Shown piece by piece: positions 1 through 10,682 of a stretch of 64,000 nt of DNA. The notes beneath the pieces were generated by a model. It was not told the origin of the DNA. It did no database searches and saw only the letters and a program-made list of their open reading frames with translations. Source of the stretch: Amphiscolops sp. MND2022 (taxonomy: Eukaryota). Position numbers and translations under genes: made by a program. Position 1 is the stretch's first letter, and the number at the start of each line of letters is the position of its first letter. The stretch covers positions 95,296,001-95,360,000 of the forward strand of contig OZ076409.1 in the NCBI GenBank assembly GCA_964187785.1, in the 5' to 3' direction.

Positions 1-448
1 TCAAATGATGTAAGAGTGATTTGAACCTGAGGAATGATTAAATTATGGCTATAGAAACAAAAGCATATAGAACTGGTTAATAAAAAAAGCAAAAATGGAA
101 CTTTTTGTCTCTGAATTTTCGTAAAATAAAGCAGTATCGCAGAGGCTATGTAAAGAAAAATATCCAAACAAGATAATGTGACAAATTTTGTCGGGAATCA
201 CACAACTACGAAGTTTGTGTGTATTTTTTGAATACACGGAAGTGTATACTGTATGATGGTTACTTAACTTTTGATCAAGCAAAATCTCATTCGATGTCAA
301 GTTTAAAAACTTCCAAATACATGATTTTCAAGAAAAAAACCGTTTTTTCCAATCTGCAATTAAATAATAAAAACTCGCTAGAATTCCGAGGAACACAAAT
401 GGCTTCTAAATTTGAAAATTGCGAGCCGAATGCGGTCTCTGAATTCAG

Positions 449-653
449 GAAGACGAACCCTTTTACGCTGGATCCGAAGACAAAATCTGTCTCTGTGACT
501 TTTCGGTCATTGCTGCAACCAAGAGTTTCTACGGGTGTGGGGATGTTGTGCTTCCATTGTTCGACAAAATAGTGAGCCCTCCTTTCAACGAATCAGAATG
601 CATCAAGGAAATCAAACTGGATTTTGGACCAATGGCTAAACTCGGAGTTTCAA
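449..653 (+). CDS. Exon 1 (first visible) of a large uncharacterised repeat-module protein gene
   Basis: ttcag acceptor, gtgagt donor; reads EDEPFYAGSEDKICLCDFSVIAATKSFYGCGDVVLPLFDKIVSPPFNESECIKEIKLDFGPMAKLGVS; phase-1 end matches next exon. Confidence 0.75.
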
Positions 654-914
654 GTGAGTTTCACACACAATTCAACCAAAGTTTGAAGTGATTTTGACAA
701 CAAATACTGCTCCTAATTAGACAGATCGTGGCGCAAAGAATCCTTTTTTTAGAAATTTTTGAGCTACTAAAGATTTTTTGAACCAACAAACACCAAAAAT
801 CAAAAGGGGACCTTTTAGTGGAATGAAAAATTTCTCGAAAAACCCTCAGTGCTGAAAAACCCCAAAGGGGCATTATTTGATACGGTTTGGCCTTGAAACA
901 GGGTTCTAGATACG

Positions 915-1333
915 TTTTTAGTGGGCACTTTTCTAGTGAAAATTGCCCGACTATTGCAGTGACTAGTTTTTTTTTCTTTTTTTTCGTCAGACCACAGACC
1001 TCACCCTGTATGTACCACTTTTTAGTACAGACTTTATTCGGTTCACGGGGAACCCAGCGGTCACGGGTTCGAGTCCCTGCTTCAGCCAGTAACTTTTTCG
1101 AGCATTTGCGAAAACGGACGAGACTGAAGGGTCCCCTCTTTCAATTTTATTCGGCACTGTGCAACTTTTTTTCGAATTTTTTCGCCTTCAAAAGGCCCCC
1201 TTCATTTTTTTGATATTTTGCAACAAACTGGATTTTCAACAAGCCCAATGTGTAACCCCCTTTAACGATTTTAAAAACTTTGCGCTTTTTGAGCCTTAGA
1301 TATAGCGCCGACTTTAGACGTTCCCGTCTTGTT
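915..1333 (+). mobile_element. DINE-1/HINE-like non-autonomous element, family A
   Basis: 5' TTTTTAGTGGGCAC (degenerate subTIR); 3' GCGCCGACT, then GACG/CGTC hairpin and CTTGTT; homologous to other copies in the window. Confidence 0.65.
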
Positions 1334-1347
1334 ATTTGTTCAGAGCG

Positions 1348-2010
1348 TGTTACGACTATTAACCGAAGTAGTTTTGGAAGTAGTCGCTTTTGGTTTTATC
1401 GGAGTTGAAGTTGTGTTAGGGAAAAGGTTTTCTGGTTCAGAATCAGAGTTTTTCAGGTTTTGTACAGTTGCTGGTTTTTTAACAGCTGGGGCTATTAGTT
1501 TTAACATCTCCTTTTGGTTTTCAGCTAGGATCTTAGTGAGATCAGACATAATCTCCTTTCTCAGAGACGTTTTAATCTCGTCGAGTTTCTCAGGCTGGAC
1601 TTTGGGAGATTTACTCGGACCTGCTACGTAGCTTTCAGTTTGAATATTCTCAGTTGTTGAAGCTTCAAACTCTCCTGAAGCTAGCTCAGCTACAGGTTTC
1701 CTTTTCTGACTTCTAGTGGTCATTTTTTGTTGAAAAGAAATTTTTGGAATTGGTGAAATCGTCAAGGAAAAGATAGGTTTCATCAACGAAGTGAAGTATA
1801 TTTATTGTAAGAACAGTAGAACTGACTAAAATATACATGTCATCTACAGCTATATATACCTTCCTAGCATCATTTGTTATTTCACCTAAAAGTCTGTAAG
1901 TAGAATTTGTAAGTTTTAATAGTATTTGCCATACCTGTGTCGGAAGCTTCTTGCATCCCGGTGAACCCCTTCATGACACGTTGTACACCGACCGGGAGCG
2001 GGCCGTGGCA
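1348..2010 (-). mobile_element. Solo LTR (663 bp) with an internal ORF
   Basis: TG...CA ends; perfect 5-bp TSD GAGCG (1343-1347, 2011-2015); minus-strand TATATATA (1851-1858), AATAAA (1801-1806) and ATG at 1723 opening MTTRSQKRK..., which reads through the LTR end. Confidence 0.8.
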
Positions 2011-3023
2011 GAGCGATATGAAACAAAACCAGAGCGATATGGTTAAACGGTCAGAAAATTGAAAAACTGCAAAATTAACTTAGTTTCATACTGTTTGACT
2101 TGGAATTGTCAATAAAACAATAGAGTGGACTATCTGAAGTCCTTCAAACTATTTCTTCTCGATGGAAATTTTCGAAGTGTTTTTCGAAACAATACAAAAA
2201 CAGTGATTTGAATCTGCTCCTTATTCCTTCACAGTCTGGCGCTTTTACCTACTCGTTTGTCATTGGCTTGTTTCCATTGAGCTACTCTGAAGAATGCCGG
2301 AAAGCTTCTTTCAATATAACCGGGCAATTAAGGTGACCCAAAAAAGATGTGATTTCAACAACTTGAGAGTTGCATGTTTCAATGAAAATTAGTAGCTTTA
2401 AAATCCAAAAAAGGTTTCACTTGGAATTTTTTACTTGATGGTCATTTGTGAGTTCCACCTGAGTGCCAGTACGAGTTCCCAGAAACCTATCATTCCTAAC
2501 ATCACAATTTCCGAAACAGTTTCAAACAACCTGCGATAAGTTTGAAAACTTTGGAAAATGTTTTAACCCGTCTATCACTACCATACAAAAACAGTTTGAT
2601 CATACTCTGCCATATTAAAGAAAGGTTGTTTCCAGGCTTTATGGTTTATGGTTCCAGGCTTATTTCTTAAACCCCCACCCAAGCGGCCTATATATCCAAA
2701 ACTTGATACTTGATATCAAAAACATACAGGAATTTTCAGAACCTCGTCTAAAACAAAATAACAAAACCGACGTCCATAACCTCGAAAACATACTAAGGGT
2801 CCACCATACTAGTTGTGTTTTCAACTTTTCGGAACTATGTGATTTTTTTTCGGAACTATGAGACATTTTTTCCGAAAATTTTTTTATTACACCAAAGAGT
2901 CCCCCTTCAATTGTTTCGGTAATCTGCAATAAAATGGATGTTAAAAAGTCTAAAGGGTCTCCCTTTTCGGGGTGATAAGACACATGGTCCGAACTGTTTA
3001 ACTTGGTTGTGGCAATTTTTCAG

Positions 3024-3196
3024 ACGTTAACGATAACATGGACTTCCTGTTGGTCTATCGATCGACAATGGCGCTGACTGATACAGCCACTACCTCCAGT
3101 CTTTTCGAGGTTTTCGCCCACATAAAAGACACCGAGAAAGCCCATTTGGTGGTGGGAGACACAAACATCGTTCCAGCTACAGGGTCTCTTGCTGAC
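3024..3196 (+). CDS. Exon 2
   Basis: tttttcag / gtaagt; (N)VNDNMDFLLVYRSTMALTDTATTSSLFEVFAHIKDTEKAHLVVGDTNIVPATGSLAD; phase 1 in, phase 0 out. Confidence 0.85.
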
Positions 3197-3207
3197 GTAA
3201 GTTCCCC

Positions 3208-3446
3208 AGTCGAACTCCCACACATTTCTTGCAAGAATCTTGCAGAAGTGGTATGTATCAGAAACTATCTGCAAGAATCTTGCAAGTATCTTACATTTCA
3301 GACAAACCTGTCAGATTTTGGCAGATCAGACATTTCTTGCAGATTCAGACGTTTCTTGTAAGATTTTTGGACGAATCTCGCAAGACAATGTCTGTAAATT
3401 GAAAAAATTCTGCAAGAAAATGTCTGGAATCTACGGAAAACGTTCA
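3208..3446. repeat. Dispersed repeat rich in TCTTGCAAGA subrepeats (MITE-like)
   Basis: Inverted homolog at about 49565-49831; related copies near 40240-40520 and 56739-56990; similar CTTGCCAAG arrays at 62600-62750 and 63765-63900. Confidence 0.7.
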
Positions 3447-3447
3447 A

Positions 3448-3638
3448 AGTGATTTTGATTGACAAGGAAATCCCATTCCTCCCCTCACATACACCAAAAA
3501 GTGTGTGAAAATTTGGCAAAAATTCGCATAAATTACCGTAATTTATGCGAATTTTTGCCAAATTTTCACACAATTTTTTGTGTATGTGAGGGGAGGAATG
3601 GGATTTCCTTGTCAATCAAAAGGTCAATCAAAATCACT
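3448..3638. repeat. Near-perfect foldback palindrome centred at 3537
   Basis: About 85-bp arms ttttgattgacaagg...aattac|c|gtaatt...ccttgtcaatcaaaa with few mismatches. Confidence 0.9.
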
Positions 3639-3713
3639 ATGACTAGTTGATTATATACAAAACAGAGGAAAATAGAATGTTTTAGGTTTTGGGAAATGTT
3701 GAAATGTAAAGTA

Positions 3714-3913
3714 NNNNNNNNNNNNNNNNNNNNNNNNNNNNNNNNNNNNNNNNNNNNNNNNNNNNNNNNNNNNNNNNNNNNNNNNNNNNNNNNNNNNNNN
3801 NNNNNNNNNNNNNNNNNNNNNNNNNNNNNNNNNNNNNNNNNNNNNNNNNNNNNNNNNNNNNNNNNNNNNNNNNNNNNNNNNNNNNNNNNNNNNNNNNNNN
3901 NNNNNNNNNNNNN
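3714..3913. other. Assembly gap (200 N)
   Basis: Run of N. Confidence 1.
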
Positions 3914-4562
3914 AAGTTATGTAAAGGATGATAACAGGATAAGCGGAGGAATGATGCGTTAGTTGGTTTTCAGATCATAAGAAGTAATTTAGTTAAGACT
4001 ATTCCGTTGATTTTTTTGATTTCAAACAAAAAATTGTAAGTTTCCTTTTTTCTCCACAGGCCTCTTAAAACAACAGTATACTAAAATATCGCAGTTCAAT
4101 TGCTCCTCTTGTAGTTTTATCAAGAAAAGGGAAAGAAAATCATTTACTTAGTGCAAAAATATACGCTGAGTTCTGGATAAGTTGAAAAATCTGTGTTTTT
4201 GAAAATGAAGGCGAAATTTTCAAAAACCAGGTCAAAATTTTTGAAGCTTGCTATGCATTTTTTGAACTGAGAGTGCGTTAATCAAACATGAAAAAGCATG
4301 AAAATTATCTAGTTTCCGACAATTTCATACAAAATATCCACTTTCCGCCAAAAAACTTGCGAGATATAGGATTTTTTCAGATCCAGAAATCCACTTTGCA
4401 TACTCAACTAGAGGTTTTCTGAACTTTGGATAGAAAAAAACACTGTATTTCCTACTTAAAATAGTATAAAAAATACATTTTTTATTCTGAGAGGCAGTGT
4501 ATACAACACAAGTGATAAAAAACGTAATCGAAGTGTAAAAAGGTGGTGATTATGGGGACGAA

Positions 4563-4772
4563 TTATGTAAAACGGTAAACACTCCAACATTTTATTCCAT
4601 ATTGTGGACTGTCTATTTCATTTTCGTATCTTTGGAAAAGAAAAGATTTGATTCTTTTTTTCATTGTTTCGTATGAAATTTTCTCCTTTATCATTTTTCT
4701 CGGTGAAGTGTTCCACAAGGGAAATGTTCTTTTGAACAAACATTTACGTAGAAATTCAGACTTTATCATCAT
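4563..4772 (-). pseudogene. Possible 3' remnant of a LINE ORF2
   Basis: CLFKRTFPLWNTSP resembles the F..R...WN.LP motif at CR1/L2-type ORF2 C-termini; motif only. Confidence 0.35.
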
Positions 4773-4804
4773 GTGTGAGTTATGACTATCTTATTGTCAT
4801 ATAG

Positions 4805-4986
4805 ATAGACGTGGTCAAACTAACGTTCAGCTATGATGGCCCAACCGTGGGCTCTGTGTTCGCGGCCTCGATGGAAATGAAACCGATGGCGACCTCTAAG
4901 AACGCCGTGCCCAAAGTCAGTGTCGAGTTCGAGTACACGGGAAAACTTCTCTCGGATCTCAATTACCGAATTACCATGACAGAAAA
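4805..4986 (+). CDS. Exon 3
   Basis: catatag / gtgagt; IDVVKLTFSYDGPTVGSVFAASMEMKPMATSKNAVPKVSVEFEYTGKLLSDLNYRITMTE; phase 0 in, phase 2 out. Confidence 0.8.
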
Positions 4987-6011
4987 GTGAGTTTCTTCGT
5001 TTAATGGGAAAAATTATTAGTTAATTTTGAGAAACGCATCTGTCGTTATATATTTGTATGATGATAACAAAACATCGGCGGACAAGATCTGAAAGTTTCA
5101 CTTTTTACCCTTTCTGCGATAGCAGAAATAATATCGAAACTTTGGAGGAATTTTTCAGCCGAGTATCAGACGAATATGATCGTTAAGCGAGTATTTACTG
5201 AAAAAATTTGAGCAGATAATTTGTTCGGCAGTGAGTACAACGGTGAACTTTGAATTTTTCAAGCTACCGACGACAGTCAGTTTATTCAATGCACGTGCGA
5301 TTAAGCGAGCGAGTGTGAATTATGTACTCGTACGCCGAATTTATTGAGATGGAGCGAATGAGAGTTACTTATTCGTTCGCCGAGAACTTCGCCTGCATTC
5401 AAATGCGAATGCGAAACTTCGTCTACGCTTGGTAATTATATTTTTTTAGTCCGAGAAGAATTGCCGGCGGTGTGAACATGTGCAATGATCAATTGTACGC
5501 AATACATTGAATAAACAGGATTGTATAGTTATTTCAGAGATGCTTCTATTATTGAACAAGAAAGCCTAAAGCAGAAATTACACTGTGCTGTGTCCTCAGG
5601 GGCCTATTTTTGCAATGGAACAGCTCAAATTTAAACTATTCAGGCTGGGTTTGGGATAATATTTTCATTCAGTTTTCTTCGAAGGCTGTCAAGTTGTTTC
5701 AGCTCTGCATCATTTTAGTTGGAAAACAGTTATTCTCGAGAATGTGGTTTAGTTTGAAATATTATCCAGCAATTGAGATTTTCAAAGTTTTTCCGAGGCG
5801 GTATTGTACGTTTTGTGTATTGTTGGTTACCAAAAAAGATCAATTGTTTTAGTTAATCTCGTGGTTATTGAATGCTTTCCAGAATTTTTGGCATACGTAA
5901 TTTTTTTCTTAAGTTTTTGGTTCCTGGTGAGCTTAGAATTTGATTGAATGTGTATATGTCATAGAGAAACAAGCCAATTTAATGGAATATTTCTGTTTTC
6001 GTTGTCCTGGC

Positions 6012-7890
6012 CATATTTCGAAATTTTACGCTTGAAATTTCTTTCACAAATTTTATCTCAAGAAAATCAATTTTGTTTGCAACGAATCAGCGGATACTGC
6101 ATTTTTTAAACTCTGAAAACGTAGTGCGAAAAACAATTACCGAGTTGCCGAATTTTTCGGGCGACCGCGTGAGAACTTGCTACGATTTCAACATTTCAGT
6201 CGCTTACTTTTTCAGTCTCTCTGAAGCGATGCGTTCTCTCAACTTTCTCGAAGGGATGTTTTTCAGGCTCTAAAAATTTGGTAATTACTGAAATCAACAA
6301 TCAACTACCAGCATACACCCTGTGGTCTTGGCTCACGTTGTGAATTCGTTTCTCGTCGGCGTCTTTTTATAGAACCGAATAATATTGTTTTTTTCTCAAT
6401 CGCATCGTGGAGGCCAAAACAATGTGACTGAAACATCTACCTCTTGAAGTATGCGGTGCCTCAGGCGATTCAGTCCAGCGGTTAGAGAACGTGGTTTATA
6501 GACAGAATTCGCGGGATCGAACCCGGTCTAGGGCTAGGGTTTTTTTACAGAATGGCGTGGTGATTAAAGTGTGCGTTTGCGAGACAATCACTAAGATACA
6601 TATGCCGCAAAAGTGGGTTTTATCATCTAGTGTAAATATTTTCGGTAAAACGAGAGCGAAACGTATTCTAGTCAAACATTGCAGTGTGTTCATTGCGCGT
6701 TTTGATGCACAGTGTAATGAGAAATTGTGGATTTCGATCATTGAGCGTGTAGGCGTGTAGACCAGTCAAGAATTTACACCCTAAAATTGATTCAATTCCG
6801 TTAGGAGTATGAAGCGTAAATTAGTCAATATTTGACCCGAATTGAGTTTTTGAGTATTTAGTAAATTATTCAATAAAAACGAGCAAAACACGTAACGCGT
6901 ATTTAAAAGAATAACGTCTTCTTATTGGCCTGTAATCAAAAGCTAACAAGATCTTGCTAGCTCGTTGCGGCATATATATCGTAATGCTGTCTATGTAGAG
7001 ATCGATCCCATATGAGACTATTTTTTGTTTTCGTTTTTTTAAAAGAAAACCTTAGATAAGTTTCATACCACTTCCTCTTTATATGGTTTTACCCTTAAAC
7101 TAGATGGCAGCTTATGCATTCCAGGTTTCTTCATGTAACCGTAACCTAAATAACATTTCAGGGGTTCTTGTTGCGAGCCTCGGGAGACGAATTTCAAAGT
7201 AGAAGAGGTGGGGTATCGAGGGAAAAAAGCCACCCTCGACATTCTCCCTGTGAGTTTTGCGTGGGGGGAGGAGACTTCCTTCAAAGTGACCATATATGGA
7301 ATAGTCACCGAAGCCTTCATCGCCGAGAACTTCGCGATCAAGGCATACATTCACCATGACGTAAACACGAAACCCGAATTGTGTAGTTCGTGTCAGACAT
7401 CTCAGCAGATATCTTCGACCGATATGCCCGAATACGATGTTAGTTTGTGGGAATTCAGTGAGCAATTAATTGTTAAAGTCAACGGATTTGAGGAAAACAG
7501 GATACCACCATATCTCAAAATTGGGTCAAGTTTCACTGAAATGACAAACTGTAATTATTAGTCAGCAATCAGTGGTTGAACAAATATGCTTTCCTTGAAA
7601 AGTTTGGTCGATGTCGCTCATTTTTTTTTGAATTTTGCGAAAAAACTCCTAGTTTTTACTCTGAGTTGTTCTGGGCGTCTTTGATTCAGCTGGCAGTTTT
7701 TTTAAAGACACAGAGTCTGTGTCTTTAGAAATCTAGTCCAAATCTAGTCCCTTGAACGAAATTTTCACAATTTCAGACGTCGATGCTAGGTGATCGTTAC
7801 ACATATTTCGAAATTTTACGCTCGAAATTTTTACCTTACATATATTTTTTAAGAAAATCAATTTTGTTTGCAACGAATCAGCGGATACTG
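6012..7890 (+). repeat. About 90-bp direct repeat pair (6012-6099 and 7802-7890)
   Basis: catatttcgaaattttacgct...aagaaaatcaattttgtttgcaacgaatcagcggatactg in both copies. Confidence 0.8.
7162..7438 (+). CDS. Exon 4
   Basis: atttcag / gttagt; GSCCEPRETNFKVEEVGYRG...ISSTDMPEYD; phase 2 in, phase 0 out. Confidence 0.85.
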
Positions 7891-8414
7891 AACTTTTTAC
7901 TGTATTTGCACTGGTATTTATTGTACAATTTGTGTAATTATCTGCGATCCTAGAAACTGGCAGTTTTGGTTATTTTGAAGGCTAGATAGACTCCGATTCT
8001 GGTCAGTTAAAGTACCTGTCATTTTTTGGTGTTAAAGTTGGGATAAATTGAAGTGCTTCTATGAAAAGTGAAATCGCTCCTCAAGACAATCTTTTGGAGA
8101 CGGAATGGGTTCTTTGGCAGATTTGGCCCGTCCTGGGCGCCAAAAATATACCCTTTATGACTTCTCCGTCGTTTGACCGCGGCGCTTATTAGTACAATTT
8201 TTGTCGGCATTGCGAGACTTGTGGTAAAACTAGAGATCGAAATTATCAAAATGCGGTACGCTAATTCCAGCCCAAATGGTAGCAACTTTCTCTAATTTTC
8301 CCCAGTTTTCACGCTTTGAAGTCCCAAATTGTGTTCATTGATCTTTCTTAAAATAGGCCTCATTCGGCTATAATTCCGTTCGGCCAATTCAACTACCACC
8401 CACGCATGTTTCAG

Positions 8415-8701
8415 CCGAACTACTTCCCGGCCATCAGCCTGGGAGTGGTCGACGAGAAGACTGGGAAAGTGGAGAGCCACGTGCCCGTGTTTGAGGGGGG
8501 AATAGGGATGGTAAGTATGGTAATGACGATGGCCGCCAACGCACCTGCAAACATCATCCATGGACTCACAGTGGCCTTTGCTTTGGACGAGTTGGGCATA
8601 AGTGTCCTTGAACTCATCAGGGTGACTTTGACTCACGTGGGAGACAACTACCCGTCTTTAAAGGACCACAGGGACGATGAGTTCAAAGTTGACTATACTC
8701 T
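8415..8701 (+). CDS. Exon 5
   Basis: gtttcag / gttagt; PNYFPAISLGVV...LELIRVTLTHVGDNYPSLKDHRDDEFKVDYT; phase-2 end (ct) joins the g at 21607. Confidence 0.8.
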
Positions 8702-9408
8702 GTTAGTATGGATATTGTTAAAGTGCATGAATGTCTTGAAGCGTTTTAGAAACTGCTTAGAAGTTTTACAACACTTTCCATGCATGCTCCCTGAATTTTC
8801 CATGTTTTGTAAAAAAAAATTAGACTGAATGTTGCCATGCAGCATGTAAAAAATTCTCAAGCAATCTCGACTAGGGTAGTTAGTTCGAACTACTATAAGG
8901 CACACCTAGTTGAACATGCAGGAAAGTTTTCTATGTTGCATCCATGCATGCATTCTAATTTTTGATCAACATGGAAAATACTAAAAGGACGCATGGAGAA
9001 ATTTTGTAGGATTACAATGAAGCTTCCACCATTTCAATTAAAATTGAAAATATTTCCACTTCTTCATTGCCGCGATCATTCTGTTTTCACGCGTAAGTTT
9101 CTCATGTAAGTACCTTATGTAATCACCGTTAGTCAAATAGGACGCTGAATATGACGCTACTTTGAAACTTACAATGTGAACGAAGTTTATTTGCATTGAA
9201 ATTGTATTGAAAAATTGAAAAATTGTATTGTATTGAGGTCACAGCTGCTGCTTTCAAAAATAGAATTGCTTCTTAATGAAACCTGCCAAACTTCGTGCCT
9301 TGGAATTGCCGAATTCAGGATGAATCTTTGCAGCAGCGTGATAAAATTAAATTGAGTCAATGAAATTTCAATACAAGGAAGTCTCCTTGAGAATTTATTA
9401 GAATCATG

Positions 9409-10291
9409 AACAAGCCGGGAACGGCCTAAGTCGGCGCCATATCTAAGGCTCAAAAATAGCAAAAGGACTTTAAAGTGTCAAGTATTCTTTTCTACAGTAC
9501 CCGCATGAGGAAAAAATGGATTTTTTTTCAATTTTTTTCAATACGTTTTTTGAAGTTTCCGGTAAATCGCAAAGTGCCGGAAATTGTAAAAAAGGGAGTT
9601 TTTGAACATCCACTTTTAAAAAATAGAAAAAAATTGAAGGGGCGACCCTTTGAAGTCATTAAAAAAATTGCGAAAAAAACTCTCACAAAGCCGAAATAAC
9701 ATGTACAAAAAAATGTTTTGTCAAGTGCGAGACTCGACCCACTTCCTTCTGCTTGGCAGACCTCAGAAAATCCCCGAAAACTCAGAAGCAGAAGAAGTTA
9801 TATTAGTGTGGCAATTTAGTGGAAGCCAGCTTATAAAGCTTATAAAATCTGTCACTTCGTTGGTCTTAAATAAAAAAGAACAAGCCGGGAACACCCAAGT
9901 CGGCGCCATATCTAAGGCTCAAAAATAGCAAAAGGACTTCAAAGTGTCAAGTATTCTTTTCTACCGTACCCGCATGAGGGAAAAATTAAAAAAACCCTAT
10001 TTTTTGAAATTTTTTTCAATTTTTTTTTGGTCTCCGATAAGTCGCATAGTTCCGAAAAATGTAGAATGGGACCTCATAAAAGCCTGATTAACCTCTATCT
10101 CAAGTGCCAGTAGAAGTGTTGTGGCATTTAATGTTAGTTCAAGACAACTTATGAAGCTTAAAAAATCAGTCACTTCGTTAGTCTTGAAAAAAGAAAAGTC
10201 ACTACTATAGTCTGCGTTTTTCTACGAAAAAGCGCCGACTAAAAAAGTCATTACTATAGTATGCGTTTTTCTACGAAAAGCGCCGACTAAA
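9409..10291 (-). mobile_element. Two nested HINE-like family A copies (inner 9879-10246)
   Basis: Two AACAAGCCGGGAAC...AGTCGGCGC ends and two GCGCCGACTAAA ends; the outer copy resumes after the inner one. Confidence 0.8.
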
Positions 10292-10682
10292 CATTAGCTT
10301 GGTAACATACGAAAACGTGTAAAAAGTTAAAGCGGTTTCAACCAGGGATTATTTGAATTAAGTTTTTCTGATGCAGAGTGATAATCCATATCAAACAGAA
10401 GAATCGAAAATCAAAATCAAAATAGAACCTAAAAAAATTGTTGAATGATTTTACGCAAAATCATGACAAACAAATGGTGTAGGTAAAAGCAATATTTTTT
10501 GTAAATAAAATTAAATTTTGTTCTCATCATAATTTGAGCGAAGAGTGTCCTTAAAAATTGATCACAGTGGATCTGATTTTCTTTGCAGTTATTTTTGACC
10601 ACATTACGGATAGCATTTAATAAAAACAATTGCAAGTTTTCAAGGAACTCGTTATAAGCGATAGTCTTTTCCTAATGTTAAG

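Noticed and set aside
3021..3040. Cadherin-like DVNDN motif
   Set aside because: After splicing to exon 1 the first residue is N (a+ac). No following P-x-F and no DxD or LDRE motifs appear in the stitched protein.
3298..3650. Twin ORFs MTRKSHSSPHIH on both strands
   Set aside because: Artefact of the palindrome.
4831..4986. Acceptor ttcag at 4830 for exon 3
   Set aside because: Phase 2, incompatible with the phase-0 donor at 3196; the acceptor at 4804 fits.
8511..8516. Strong internal donor ATG|GTAAGT in exon 5
   Set aside because: It is phase 0 and would not join the phase-2 exon at 21607, and coding-like sequence continues to 8701. It cannot be excluded as an alternative site.
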